From positions 1 to 64,000 of the forward strand of contig JAYPJE010000019.1 in assembly GCA_038128265.1 (NCBI GenBank): a stretch of DNA of 64,000 bases, read 5' to 3'. Shown here in pieces: positions 49,239 to 59,804 of this stretch. The translations under genes were made by a program, and so were the position numbers. Source of the DNA: Gemmatimonadota bacterium. Its GTDB lineage: Bacteria; Latescibacterota; UBA2968; UBA8231. The notes beneath the pieces are model-generated. The model was not told the origin of the DNA. It was given only the letters and a program-made list of their open reading frames with translations, and did no database searches. Every line of letters starts with the position of its first letter. Position 1 is the first letter of the stretch.

Positions 49239-50201
49239 CTATATAGCCACGTTGTTTTGCGGTCGCCCCTCGAGAAAGGCGATGACATTGTCGACGGCCC
49301 CTTCGTTGAGCAATTCGACCCCCTCCGGCGTTTGGTCGGCCGCATGCGGCGTCAGCACGACCTGCTCACACTGCAAAATTGGGTGGTTGGCCGGCAGCGG
49401 CTCCTGCGGAAAGACGTCGAGTCCGGCACCCCCTACGTGACCGGCGTGCAGGCTCGCACACAGGGCATCGATATCGAGAACGTCGCCGCGCGCGCCGTTG
49501 AGTAGCAGCGCTCCCTCTTTCATACGCGCCAGTTCGCCCGCGCCGATCAAGTGGTGGGAATCGGGCGTCAGCTTTACGTGCAAACTCACGACATCAGCCG
49601 TCGACAGCAGCTCGTCTAGCTCGACAAAGCGCACGCCCAGCGCACGCGCGCGTTCGGGCGAGGGATTGAACGTCCAAGCGATCACTTCCATGCCGATGGC
49701 CCGTCCCAAGCGCGCCATCTCGGCGCCAATCGCCCCAGTGCCCACGATGCCGAGCACCTTTTTCTGCAGCATGGTATTCATGCGGCGAGTCCAACGACCC
49801 GCTTTGAGCTCGGCCGTTTGAAAATGCGCCCGTTTTGACAGGGCAAACATCAGGCCAAACATGTGTTCTGCTACGACCGGAGCCGTGCGTCCCGGCTGGT
49901 TTGACACGACAATACCCAGCTCCTTGGCAAGGACCAGATCGATCATATCTGTGCCAATAGAACAGGTCGTTATCATCTTTAAATTGGGCAGAGAGCGCAG
50001 CTCATCGCGCCAGGTGACGACGCCGCGCGAGTTGATGATGATCTGTGCATCCTGCACGCGCGCTATTTTTTCGGCGCTGTCTGCAGGGCTCTCGTCGTAT
50101 ACGACTACGTCGCCGTAGTCCCGCAGGCGCTCTAGGTGGGGCGAGCCGGCGATTTGCACCGGATCGTCACCGGGCACGACAATGCTAACGCGTTCCGACA
50201 T
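49239..50201 (-). CDS. D-2-hydroxyacid dehydrogenase family (SerA-like)
   Basis: VAEH, GIVGTGAIG, NGARG, GLDVFPQEP, LTPH; ATG 50201 after GGAGG. Confidence 0.88.
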   Translation of the reverse strand: MSERVSIVVPGDDPVQIAGSPHLERLRDYGDVVVYDESPADSAEKIARVQDAQIIINSRGVVTWRDELRSLPNLKMITTCSIGTDMIDLVLAKELGIVVSNQPGRTAPVVAEHMFGLMFALSKRAHFQTAELKAGRWTRRMNTMLQKKVLGIVGTGAIGAEMARLGRAIGMEVIAWTFNPSPERARALGVRFVELDELLSTADVVSLHVKLTPDSHHLIGAGELARMKEGALLLNGARGDVLDIDALCASLHAGHVGGAGLDVFPQEPLPANHPILQCEQVVLTPHAADQTPEGVELLNEGAVDNVIAFLEGRPQNNVAI

Positions 50202-50491
50202 AGTTCCTCCGCTCAATTGCTGGTGATATGGCTTTTTTCTATTTTGGCAGCGAACACAATATAGGCAAGCAGCATCCCACCTTCCAGAGTCTGAGGTTAG
50301 AGACCATGCTGAGAGAGCCCATTGCCCCGGCGCGTGAGCAACGCGTCTCGCACAACGTGCTCGCGCCCTGCCCGACGGCACGGCGCGGCAGCAGACCACG
50401 TGCCTCGATCCGACCATCTTGGGCCTCAGCGCCCATGTCCTAATCGCCACATCACCCCAGCAAAACATCAAACGGGGAGTCCGGTTCTACT

Positions 50492-51349
50492 ATGCAGATC
50501 TTGCTCAATACCATTCTCATTGAACCCAACCGCCACACCGCTGACAAGACGCCGCAGCGACCGCTGATCGAACACCTACCCGCCCTGCAGCGAGCCGGTT
50601 TTAGCGCATTGGAAATTTGGCAATATCACGCCTCGGCCCTCGACGCGCGCGGCCTCGGCCAGCTGTCGGCTCACCTCGATGTATGCGCCCTGCGCGCCGC
50701 CGCCCTGGGCGCCTATCCCTTCCTGCACTTAGAAGGCCCCGAAGGCGACGAGGCCATCGCCCAACTGGGACGCACTGTGGCTTATGCGGCGCATCTCGGC
50801 GTAGACATATTTAAGATCTTCCCCGGGCGCGTCGCCAGCCACCAGCTCGATGCCGCTGCGCGCACGCGCTCCGTGCACAACCTGCGCGAACTAGCGCAGC
50901 AGCTGGCCGCGCGCTCCATACAGCTCACGCTGGAAACGCACGGCAATACGCTCTGCGACACCCGGGAGAGCACGCTCCAACTGCTCGACGAACTGCGCGA
51001 CCTCGACAACGTCGGCATCTGCTTCCAGCCCTACACGAATCAAGATACCAATGCGGCCATCGCCTTATACGATGCGCTGGCACCGCACGTCCTGCACGTC
51101 CACCTACAAAATCGCGCCCTTGCCAACGGCACCTGTACCCTGCTGGAAGAGGGCGACTGGCTCGACTATCGCTGCCTGCTCCCGCACATTCGCGACAGCG
51201 GCTTTGACGGCCCGCTCAGCCTAGAGTTCACCGCCGATATGGCCACGCCCAACAGTCCGCAGGCCGACCTCAACCGCATATTGGACAACGCCGCGCGCGA
51301 TCGCGACTTCGCCCTATATACCTGGGGAGTGCAGGACGCATCAGCGTAG
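50492..51349 (+). CDS. sugar phosphate isomerase/epimerase (TIM barrel)
   Basis: LETHGNTLCD, HVHLQN, GPLSLEF. Confidence 0.75.
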   Translation: MQILLNTILIEPNRHTADKTPQRPLIEHLPALQRAGFSALEIWQYHASALDARGLGQLSAHLDVCALRAAALGAYPFLHLEGPEGDEAIAQLGRTVAYAAHLGVDIFKIFPGRVASHQLDAAARTRSVHNLRELAQQLAARSIQLTLETHGNTLCDTRESTLQLLDELRDLDNVGICFQPYTNQDTNAAIALYDALAPHVLHVHLQNRALANGTCTLLEEGDWLDYRCLLPHIRDSGFDGPLSLEFTADMATPNSPQADLNRILDNAARDRDFALYTWGVQDASA

Positions 51350-51403
51350 CGATACGCCCCCTGTCTGAGCGCGTAATCGAAGCGGTCTGACCATGGGCCG
51401 ATA

Positions 51404-51432
51404 TTGACATATCTATCTGTTTATGATAGAAT
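51404..51432 (+). promoter_or_regulatory. sigma-70 promoter TTGACA-N17-TAGAAT of ppk1
   Basis: Near-perfect consensus. Confidence 0.7.
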
Positions 51433-51476
51433 TTAGACACTAAAAGGCCCGCTCACATCACCGCCTGAGACTCCCC

Positions 51477-53585
51477 ATGACCGCCGAGATAAAACGCGCG
51501 ATTGCCCCTGAGATCGACCTCAACAAACCCGAGCTATACATCAATCGCGAGCTCTCCTGGCTCGACTTTAACTTCCGCGTTTTAGAAGAGGCGCAGGACC
51601 CGCGCAACCCGCTCTTGGAGCGGGTCAAATTCCTCGCCATCGTCGCCAGCAACCTAGACGAATTCTTTGAGGTGCGCGTGGCCGGCCTCCTTCAGCTACA
51701 CGAATCGGGCGCCGATCCCACGCGCCCGGACCGCCTTACCCCAGAGCAACAGTTGGTAGAAATAAGCAGCAAAGCCCAAGGCATGGTCGCCGAGCAGTAT
51801 CGCTGCTGGAACGAAGCGCTGCTTCCGGCCTTGGCCGACGAGGGCATCCGCTTCTGGGAGGCGCGCCATCTACAGGGCGACCACCTCGCCTTTGTACAGC
51901 GCTACTGGCGCGAGGAATTGGAGCCCATTCTAACGCCCATCGTGGTCGACCCGGCACACCCCTTTCCCAGCGTAATCAACAAGGCGCTGAGCATTGGCGC
52001 CCTGCTGCAGATCGGCGGCCAAACGCTCATGGGCGTCGTTACCGTGCCGCGCGTGCTGCCGCGCATTCTGCGCCTGCCCGACCGCGACGGGCGCCAGCAT
52101 TTCGTCACGCTGGCCGGCGTAATGGACCTGCAAATCAGCGAACTGTTTCGCGGCTACGACGTCATCGCCTCAGCGCCCTTTCGCGTAACCCGCAATAGCG
52201 AACTCTACTTGAATGAGGAAGAGGCCGACAACCTGCTCGAGGAAATCGCCGAGCAGGTTAAAAACCAGCGCCAGGCCGATGCCGTGCGCTTGGAAATCTC
52301 CACCAGCGCGTCCGCAGAACTCGTGCACCGACTGCAAAACCAGTTTGACATCGACGACAGCCTCACCTATCGCACGGACGGTCCGGTCAACCTACATCGC
52401 CTGATCACGCTCTACGACCTCGTCCAGCGCTACGACCTGAAGTATCGCTCCTTCGCGCCGGTCGCCTTGGACATGCCGACCGAGCCAGCGCCGTTTTTCG
52501 AGGCTATCCGCAAAAAAGATGTGCTCTTGCACCATCCCTACGATGCCTTTTCCACCGTTATCGACTTTATTCGCATGGCCGCCAGCGACCCACAGGTGTT
52601 AGCTATCAAGCAGACGCTCTACCGCACCGGCGACGACTCGGCCGTAGCGCAGGCGCTGATTCGCGCCGCCGAGCGCGGCAAAGAGGTGACGGTCCTAGTC
52701 GAGCTCAAGGCACGCGGTGACGAAGCCGCCAATATCGAATGGGCGCGACGCCTCGAGGATCGAGGCGTGCACGTCGTTTACGGAGTTATGGGACTCAAAA
52801 CGCACTGCAAGCTATGCATGCTAGTGCGCCGCGATCAGGATCGCCTGCGCCGCTACGCGCATATGGGCACCGGCAACTACAACCACGTCACCGCGCGCTT
52901 TTACACCGACCTGGGCCTGATCACCGCCCGCGATGATATAACCGCTGAAGTCGCCGAAGTATTCAACCTGCTGACCACGCACAATCGCAAGACCCAATTT
53001 GATAAGTTGCTCGTCGCTCCCTCGGGCCTTATGAAGGGCATACTCGAGCGCATTGACCGCGAGATTGAGCACGCCGAAGCCGGCCGGCCGGCCGCAATTA
53101 TCGGCAAAATGAACGGACTCATGGACCAGGCCATTATGCAGGCGCTCTATCGCGCCTCGCAGGCCGGCGTGCAGATCGACCTAATTGTGCGCGGCATTTG
53201 CTGCCTGCGCGCCGGCGTCGAAGGCGTCAGTGACAACATTCGCGTCTACAGCATCATCGGACGCTTCCTAGAGCACAGCCGCGCGTTTTACTTTGCCAAC
53301 GGCGGCCAGGAGGAAATATGGCTCGGCAGCGCCGACTGGATGAATCGCAACCTGCGCGGGCGCGTTGAAGTCGTCTTTCCCGTCGAGGACGAGGATCACA
53401 AGCGGCGCATCTACCACGACCTTATTGAACTGGCCCTCAACGACCGCAGCAAAGGGCGTCAGATGCAGGCCGATGGCACCTATATGCGGCGTAAAATCAG
53501 AGAAGACGATCCCGTATTTGGCATGCAAGAGCAGCTAATGGACATGGCAAACGGCCTCTCCCTTTCCGAGGACACCCCGCGTTAG
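51477..53585 (+). CDS. ppk1: polyphosphate kinase 1
   Basis: NRELSWLDFNxRVL, NLDEFFEVRVAGL, LHHPY, IKQTLYRT, KTHCK, GTGNYN, GRFLEHSR, SADWM. Confidence 0.97.
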   Translation: MTAEIKRAIAPEIDLNKPELYINRELSWLDFNFRVLEEAQDPRNPLLERVKFLAIVASNLDEFFEVRVAGLLQLHESGADPTRPDRLTPEQQLVEISSKAQGMVAEQYRCWNEALLPALADEGIRFWEARHLQGDHLAFVQRYWREELEPILTPIVVDPAHPFPSVINKALSIGALLQIGGQTLMGVVTVPRVLPRILRLPDRDGRQHFVTLAGVMDLQISELFRGYDVIASAPFRVTRNSELYLNEEEADNLLEEIAEQVKNQRQADAVRLEISTSASAELVHRLQNQFDIDDSLTYRTDGPVNLHRLITLYDLVQRYDLKYRSFAPVALDMPTEPAPFFEAIRKKDVLLHHPYDAFSTVIDFIRMAASDPQVLAIKQTLYRTGDDSAVAQALIRAAERGKEVTVLVELKARGDEAANIEWARRLEDRGVHVVYGVMGLKTHCKLCMLVRRDQDRLRRYAHMGTGNYNHVTARFYTDLGLITARDDITAEVAEVFNLLTTHNRKTQFDKLLVAPSGLMKGILERIDREIEHAEAGRPAAIIGKMNGLMDQAIMQALYRASQAGVQIDLIVRGICCLRAGVEGVSDNIRVYSIIGRFLEHSRAFYFANGGQEEIWLGSADWMNRNLRGRVEVVFPVEDEDHKRRIYHDLIELALNDRSKGRQMQADGTYMRRKIREDDPVFGMQEQLMDMANGLSLSEDTPR

Positions 53586-53598
53586 AAAGGCCATCCGC

Positions 53599-55116
53599 AT
53601 GCACAACCAGACGCGCGACCCGCATATACAGCTGGCCCAGCTCAGCAGCGATCTCGTCGATACGACGCCGAGGATTGGCATTGTTCTGGCCGCCGGCCAC
53701 GGCAAGCGCATTCGCTCCGAAACGTCGAAGATGCTGCATGAGATCTGGGGCGAGGCGACCGTGCTGCGCGTAGCCAAAGCCATACAAAAGGGCCTCGATA
53801 GCCCCAACCAGATCATCGTCGTCGGCATCAAGGGACTGGACGTGGCCGAAGCGACCGGCCGCCAGGCGGGCCGCCGCTTCGCCTATCAGGAGAATCCCGT
53901 GCTCGGCCTGCCCGCCGGCACCGGCGATGCCGTGCGCGTCGCTCTCAGCGAATTTGCGCCCTCATCACAGGAGCGCGACATCTATATCTTTCTCGGCGAT
54001 ATGGGCCTGCTCACCGGCGAAGTTGCCGCGCAATTTCGCCGCAGTTTCGAGCAATCCACCTGCGACATGATGGTGCTGACCGGCTCCTATAGCGGGCCGA
54101 GCAGAGAAAACTACTACGGGCGCATCGTGCGCGTTCCAGCATGCGATGCCAGTGGCGAGCCCTCTGGCGAGGACGAGGGTAAGGTCATCGAAATAAAAGA
54201 GCACAAAGATATTCTCCGCCTCGAAGAGGGCGTGATGCACCAGGTTCAGTACAACGGACGCGTCTACGAACTCTCCCGCGACCAGCTGCTGGAGACGCGC
54301 GAGATCAACACCGGCGTCTTTGCCTTTAAAGAGCATGCGCTGCGCCGCTATATCGAAGAAGTCGACACCGACAACGCACAGGGCGAAGTCATGCTCACCG
54401 ACCTAGTCCATATTTTTAACCGCCACGCCCTTGTCGTGCGCGCCGCTGTTGCAGCGCGCGAAGAAGAAATTCTCGCCTTCAACGTCAAGAGCGTGCTCAG
54501 CCAAATGCAGCGCATCGCTCGCCGGTGGGCCTACGATCGCCTCAAAGACACCATTACCATTGCCGACGACGACGACTTTTTTATCGCCGAAGAGGTCATC
54601 GAGCACATCCTAGCGCTCGATCGAGATCGCGGACCGCTCGACATCGTAGTGGGCAAAGGGGTGCATATCGGACCGCAGGTGCGCCTCAATCGCCGCGTGC
54701 ATATAGGCGACCGCAGCCATTTGAGTGGCCATATCGACCTGGGCGAAGACGTCTTTATCGGCAGCAGCGTCGAATTGAGCACCTATCCGCACCAGCGTTT
54801 GACCCTCGGCGATCGAGTCGCCGTGCTCAACCGCAACATTATCAAGGGCGATCTACAGATCGGCGAGGAGGCGCGTATTGAGTCGGGCGTCATACTTACC
54901 GGCAGCGACGAACATCCCATGCGCATAGGCCGCCGCGTCACTATCAAGGGCACGTCGTATCTCTACGGCTGCCAGGTCGACGACGACGTTTTTATCGAAC
55001 ACTCCGTGCTCAAGTGCAAACGCGTCGAACAGGTGCGGCGGCGCGACGGCCAAATCCAGCCCATCCGCTACGTATTGCCCCCACCCGAAGGGCTCGACTC
55101 TCTCGGCGACCTATAA
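53599..55116 (+). CDS. GlmU-like nucleotidyltransferase with left-handed beta-helix domain
   Basis: VLAAGHGKRIRS..SKMLH, GTGDAV, YGRIVR, EINTGVF, DNAQGE, hexapeptide repeats. Confidence 0.78.
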   Translation: MHNQTRDPHIQLAQLSSDLVDTTPRIGIVLAAGHGKRIRSETSKMLHEIWGEATVLRVAKAIQKGLDSPNQIIVVGIKGLDVAEATGRQAGRRFAYQENPVLGLPAGTGDAVRVALSEFAPSSQERDIYIFLGDMGLLTGEVAAQFRRSFEQSTCDMMVLTGSYSGPSRENYYGRIVRVPACDASGEPSGEDEGKVIEIKEHKDILRLEEGVMHQVQYNGRVYELSRDQLLETREINTGVFAFKEHALRRYIEEVDTDNAQGEVMLTDLVHIFNRHALVVRAAVAAREEEILAFNVKSVLSQMQRIARRWAYDRLKDTITIADDDDFFIAEEVIEHILALDRDRGPLDIVVGKGVHIGPQVRLNRRVHIGDRSHLSGHIDLGEDVFIGSSVELSTYPHQRLTLGDRVAVLNRNIIKGDLQIGEEARIESGVILTGSDEHPMRIGRRVTIKGTSYLYGCQVDDDVFIEHSVLKCKRVEQVRRRDGQIQPIRYVLPPPEGLDSLGDL

Positions 55117-55154
55117 AAAAGCGCCCCGGCCACCGTTTGGGCGACCGAGACGCT
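55115..55154 (-). terminator. rho-independent terminator
   Basis: Minus strand AGCGTCTCGGTCGCC-caaac-GGTGGCCGGGGCGCT-TTTTT, fully paired with G:U wobbles. Confidence 0.75.
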
Positions 55155-55187
55155 CTGCTGCGCTTGGATGCGATTGACCTACGCCAA

Positions 55188-56159
55188 TTAGACGCCTAGC
55201 TGCGCCAGCAGGTCTTTGCGCATTTTGCACACCATGGTGTAAGCCGGATCAAATACGTTGCCCATATCGTACTCGACGCACTGGCCGAGCAGCTGGTGTG
55301 CGCTGACCGCATCCAACCCAAAACCATCCTCCAACCAGCGCAGCATTTCGCTCGTCGCGTGCTGCACGCACTGGTCTAACGGCCTGGCATTGCCAGCGGT
55401 AAAGATATGCGTCTCGTTTTCGCCGCGCGGCCAGCCGACGCCAGCATGCTTAACTAGGTCGACGCTGAAGGTGACGTCGAAGGAAATCTCGACGCCGGTG
55501 CCAACGATCTCGCCATCGCCCTGCACGGCGTGTCCATCGCCCAGGTGGAAAAGCGCTCCCGGTGCCGACACCGGCAAATAGACTTTCACGCCCTGCACAA
55601 AGCCGCGATAGTCCATATTGCCGCCAAACGTCGACGAGGTCGCCGTGGAGATGGCCTGACCTCTGGGCGGGGCTACGCCGAAGCAGCCCACCATTGGGCA
55701 CAGTGGCAGGACCAAGCCCTCGAGACGGGTCTGCGGCTTGGCCAGATGGACCGTTCCGGCGTCCAGATCTACATCCCAGCGGCACACCGGGTCGCTGCTC
55801 TGGCTGCCGTCGGGGTAGTGCGAGGTGATCATGTGCATATCGCCGGGCACCTCTACTCCGGACACAAAGCCCGGATCGACGACGTTGGGCGCCACCGCCA
55901 AACCGGTCCAGCCCCAGTCTCTGTTGGGCCACAGTTTGTCAAACGTCACGACCAGCGCGTCGCCCTCTTCGGCCCCCTCGATGTAAAAGGGCCCCGTCAT
56001 GGGGTTACCGCGCTCCGTGACCTGCTCGCCGCTGGCATCGCGGCCGCGCGCGTCGACGGTGGTCGTGCTAACCGAATCGCCCGGCGCAACGCGCAGCACC
56101 GGTTCATGCCAGCCAATGGTGGTGTGGTAGTGGTCTGGTGTAAAATCGTGATGTGCCAT
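55188..56159 (-). CDS. acetamidase/formamidase family protein
   Basis: NPMTGPFYIEGAE, FGGNMD, GDGHAVQGDGE. Confidence 0.9.
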   Translation of the reverse strand: MAHHDFTPDHYHTTIGWHEPVLRVAPGDSVSTTTVDARGRDASGEQVTERGNPMTGPFYIEGAEEGDALVVTFDKLWPNRDWGWTGLAVAPNVVDPGFVSGVEVPGDMHMITSHYPDGSQSSDPVCRWDVDLDAGTVHLAKPQTRLEGLVLPLCPMVGCFGVAPPRGQAISTATSSTFGGNMDYRGFVQGVKVYLPVSAPGALFHLGDGHAVQGDGEIVGTGVEISFDVTFSVDLVKHAGVGWPRGENETHIFTAGNARPLDQCVQHATSEMLRWLEDGFGLDAVSAHQLLGQCVEYDMGNVFDPAYTMVCKMRKDLLAQLGV

Positions 56160-56167
56160 GGCTTCTC

Positions 56168-57220
56168 CTATCCCAACTTCACTTCTCTGCCGCTGCGCGC
56201 CGACTCGTAAATACCGTTGATGATCTCAACCGCATGGCGCGCGCTGTCGAGCGTAATAAGCGGATCGCGTCCCTCGGCCAGCGCCTCGTACATATCGATG
56301 ACGATCTGCGTGTGGCCATTGAAGCCGACGGCGAGTGGATCGGACGAGCCGCTGACGTCCTTATTGGCTCCGTAAAGGGCGAGCAACTCCTTTTCCTCCT
56401 CGCCCTCGGCATCGCCCATCAGCTTCCAGCCTTCGAGCTCGCTGTGAATCTTGGAGACCGATCCCTCCGACCCGTAAATGGTGATGCGCTGATCGTAGCC
56501 GGGATAGCAACACGTCGTCGTGTAGAGCGTGCCCAAGGCGCCGTTTTTAAAGCGCAGCACGGCCGCGCTCTGGTCCTCCGCTTCAATTTCGTGACCAAAA
56601 ATGCCGTACATGCCGGCCACTGCTTCGACCGGGCCGGCCAGCCATTGGAGCAGATCGACCGTGTGCACGCCCTGGTTCATCAACGATCCGCCGCCGTCCA
56701 TATCCCAAGTGCCCTTCCACTCGCCGTGCGTTCCCTCGTAGTAGCTCTGCTTGCGGTACCAGGGCAGGTGGCCGTGCACCCCGATTAGCTTGCCTAGGCG
56801 TCCGCCCTGAATGGCATCGCGAATGCGCATGTTGAGCGGATCCAAGCGCGCCTGGAAAATCCCGGCAATTTTGACGCCGTGCTCCTTGCCTGCGGCGATG
56901 AGCTGATCGACGCGCTCGGGCTTTATATCAGCCGGCTTCTCGACGATCATGTGCTTGCCAGCGGCCGCCGCCTGAATACCCATCTCCGCATGCATACCCG
57001 ACGGAGTGGCAATATTGACGACCTGCACCTCGTCGTTGGCCAATAGCTCGGAGAAATCGGCGTAGGCTTTGCAGCCGTATTCACTAGCCGTCGGCTCCAA
57101 GCGCTCCGGATCGCTGTCGCACACGGCGACCAAGCGCGCGCCGGGGGCAGCGTCTATTGCCTTGCAATGGTGACGCCCCATACCCAGACCGACTACGGCA
57201 AATCCCGTTTGTTCTGCCAT
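56168..57220 (-). CDS. Gfo/Idh/MocA family oxidoreductase
   Basis: VVGLGMG, ATPSGMH, VEKP, GGGSLMNQGVHTVD; start at ATG 57220. Confidence 0.9.
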   Translation of the reverse strand: MAEQTGFAVVGLGMGRHHCKAIDAAPGARLVAVCDSDPERLEPTASEYGCKAYADFSELLANDEVQVVNIATPSGMHAEMGIQAAAAGKHMIVEKPADIKPERVDQLIAAGKEHGVKIAGIFQARLDPLNMRIRDAIQGGRLGKLIGVHGHLPWYRKQSYYEGTHGEWKGTWDMDGGGSLMNQGVHTVDLLQWLAGPVEAVAGMYGIFGHEIEAEDQSAAVLRFKNGALGTLYTTTCCYPGYDQRITIYGSEGSVSKIHSELEGWKLMGDAEGEEEKELLALYGANKDVSGSSDPLAVGFNGHTQIVIDMYEALAEGRDPLITLDSARHAVEIINGIYESARSGREVKLG

Positions 57221-57248
57221 ACTTTTCCCTTCTATACTGTGTAACCGA

Positions 57249-59804
57249 TTAAAAAATTGGAAAGACCCTGGGGCCTCCCCCTTCGGCGCGAATACACCCA
57301 TTTACTAGCGCACCGGGGTTATCGCAAAACAGCTGCCGCGTGCGCCCCACCGTAAAGAGATACTTGCGCCCCGTCTGCAGCTCTTCGGTGCCGCTCTCTT
57401 CCTTTTGCTTCTGGGCTGCCGCGTGCAGGCGCATCGGCTTGTACTCGCGCAGTTCAAAGAGGTCGACGTAGTCTCCGCTCTCAAAGCCATCTATATAAGC
57501 TACCTGACCGCCATCGTCAACGCGCACAAAGAAATCCTTGAGGTTGTTGTTCCCCGTTAGCTTTTCAAGACTGGTCACCTTTAGGGCGAATGTCGGCTTT
57601 TCCTGATGGCGTTTTGCCTCTGACGCCACGACCAATACACCCACCAGTATCTCGCGCAGCCTCGCCCGGATGCGCGCGACCACCGATTGGGGTTGATGCA
57701 CTTCCTGCATAACTTTCCACGCCTCGCTTACGACGTAGCTGCAGGCGGCGTCAAATACTTCACCCATTCCCTGCGATTCCAGTTCTTCGGGCGGAACATC
57801 GCCCAGTTTACCCACCTCGCTCACATCGTCAAACTCGAGCGGGTCTTCGCTGCACGCCAGTTGGAAGTCGGCCCGATTGCCAGCCCGACCAGCCGCGCTG
57901 AGGCGCGCGATATAGTCGCCGCTCTGCTTGACCAGCCCTTCGGCAAAGCGCGCGGCGCGAAACGCCTCCAGCATCGCCACCGTATCGGCATCGGCCCGGT
58001 CTCGCGCCTGACCGCGCAGTTCGTGTTCGACCTGATCGGTCAGCGCGCGCAGCGCCTCCTCATAATAGGTGGTCGCCGATTCGTGCGTATACTGGTCGGG
58101 GTAATCTTGGGAAAAGTTGAAATTCACGCGCAGCGCCTCCAGGCGCACCAGCGCGGCCCCCGCGTGGTCGAGTATCGGGATCAGGGAAATCAGCTGTCTG
58201 CTGTTGGCATCGAGTGGCCGGCTGTGCCCCATCGCATTCATAAAGGCGCGCACTTCGACCATGAAGTTGCGGTCGCGCTGCACGCCGCCAGCAGGCGCGT
58301 GTAGCATGTGCTTGATCTTCAGATAGCAGGCTACCTGCTTGACGTTGTTATAGGCTTTGTTGGCACTCGTTCCTTCTGTGCCGACCATGCGTGCCATCGT
58401 TCGCAAGTCGCCCACAGCAGACGTCGGGTCGACTAGAATTGCCCAGATGTGCTGGTCGAGTGGTTCAATAGAAGCGAGCAGCTTGCCGATATCCTTGGCC
58501 TTGCTGCCGACGTCGGATAGGGCAATTTCCTCGAGCTCTACCATATCAGCTGACGCGACATCAACATGTTCTCGCTGATGGCTCGTATCGATAAAACCCT
58601 CCCCTCCGCCGCCCGACGGCGCGCTCGGCAGAGACGGCGCACTGGCTGGTGCCGGGCTCTTGGGGTTGTCGACGGCACTGCGCATGAGCATGGCCCTGCG
58701 ATCGTCGCCTTTCAGCGGCGCGCTGCTAGCGCTGCTGGCACTGCTCCCACCCCCTCCAGAGCTCTTGTGAACGACTGGATTGCGCGCCACTTCTGCGCGC
58801 CTTGCAACAACTTGCGCCTCTGCTACGGTTGGCACCACCGACTGCATCGGCTTAAAGGCCGCAATCGCTTTTAGGCGCGTATCGAGTAGATCTTCGGCCT
58901 TCTCGATTGCTTTATCTTCACCCTCGTAGGCCTCAAAAGCCGCGTCTGCCTCAAGCTCGTATATCTTGTGCAGCGAAGCTTTGAAATGGACGATAAACGC
59001 GTCGATCGAACCCACCGGCTCCTCTACCGGTGCGCCGTCTTGGTGCGCATCAACATCGTCATCGTCATCGTCCCCATAATCGTCGTCGTCGTAGTCATCC
59101 TCTTCTTCTTCGATCGCTTCCTCTTCCTCCTCTTCCTCCTCGGCATCCACTTCTTCATCTGCCAGGTAGCGGTCCTCGTCATCAGACAGATACTCTACGT
59201 CTGCAGCCGCCCCCTCAAGACACATGTGGCGCTCCTCCAAGCACTGGCGCAAACTGGCCGCATAGGGCTGATCGCCCAGCGCCTTGACGCCCAGCTTGAG
59301 GATTTGATCAATGTCGTTGTGCCCTTCGAGAAAGGGCTTTATTACGCCCGCCAGGCTGATTTTGGCGACCGGCAACACCTTCGCCACTAGGATGGAAGCA
59401 CACAGATCGAGGATATAGCGCTCGGCGACACCGTGCCTTTCGTGAGACGCGGTGCTCATGCAAATCCTTCGGTAAAACTTGAGCAGCGCGTTCTTGAATT
59501 TGCCGCCGCTCAAACGGCTGTCGTGGAGCGACTGTACAAAGTGGATACAGTGGAGAATTTTGGGAACTTCCGCGCGAAACGCATCGATGTCGAGTCCGAT
59601 GCGGATCGCGCGCATCTGCAATATGTACGGCACGTCGGGCATCTGCCGCGTGGCCAATACGATTGGGTGGCAGATCTCCTCCCAAACATCAATCACATCT
59701 TCTGGGTCGAGCTTGAGCAAATGGCACCACTGGCGCCAGACGTTGGCGGCTATATGGCTGTGGTTCTGTAGCTGCGACAGACCATCACTCGGTAATTTGC
59801 TCAT
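57249..59804 (-). CDS. large hypothetical protein with acidic tract
   Basis: 851-aa uninterrupted ORF with protein-like composition; no family recognised. Confidence 0.75.
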   Translation of the reverse strand: MSKLPSDGLSQLQNHSHIAANVWRQWCHLLKLDPEDVIDVWEEICHPIVLATRQMPDVPYILQMRAIRIGLDIDAFRAEVPKILHCIHFVQSLHDSRLSGGKFKNALLKFYRRICMSTASHERHGVAERYILDLCASILVAKVLPVAKISLAGVIKPFLEGHNDIDQILKLGVKALGDQPYAASLRQCLEERHMCLEGAAADVEYLSDDEDRYLADEEVDAEEEEEEEEAIEEEEDDYDDDDYGDDDDDDVDAHQDGAPVEEPVGSIDAFIVHFKASLHKIYELEADAAFEAYEGEDKAIEKAEDLLDTRLKAIAAFKPMQSVVPTVAEAQVVARRAEVARNPVVHKSSGGGGSSASSASSAPLKGDDRRAMLMRSAVDNPKSPAPASAPSLPSAPSGGGGEGFIDTSHQREHVDVASADMVELEEIALSDVGSKAKDIGKLLASIEPLDQHIWAILVDPTSAVGDLRTMARMVGTEGTSANKAYNNVKQVACYLKIKHMLHAPAGGVQRDRNFMVEVRAFMNAMGHSRPLDANSRQLISLIPILDHAGAALVRLEALRVNFNFSQDYPDQYTHESATTYYEEALRALTDQVEHELRGQARDRADADTVAMLEAFRAARFAEGLVKQSGDYIARLSAAGRAGNRADFQLACSEDPLEFDDVSEVGKLGDVPPEELESQGMGEVFDAACSYVVSEAWKVMQEVHQPQSVVARIRARLREILVGVLVVASEAKRHQEKPTFALKVTSLEKLTGNNNLKDFFVRVDDGGQVAYIDGFESGDYVDLFELREYKPMRLHAAAQKQKEESGTEELQTGRKYLFTVGRTRQLFCDNPGALVNGCIRAEGGGPRVFPIF

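Noticed and set aside
50202..50491. 290-bp divergent intergenic region as possible ncRNA, riboswitch or small ORF
   Set aside because: I could recognise no RNA family motif, stable repeat or credible ORF by eye; an Rfam scan would be needed.
57221..57301. Apparent overlap between the orphan and the downstream oxidoreductase ORF
   Set aside because: It disappears when the oxidoreductase start is set at ATG 57220.
59049..59183. TCC/TCG/TCA-rich low-complexity DNA as a repeat element
   Set aside because: It simply encodes the Asp/Glu tract of the orphan protein.
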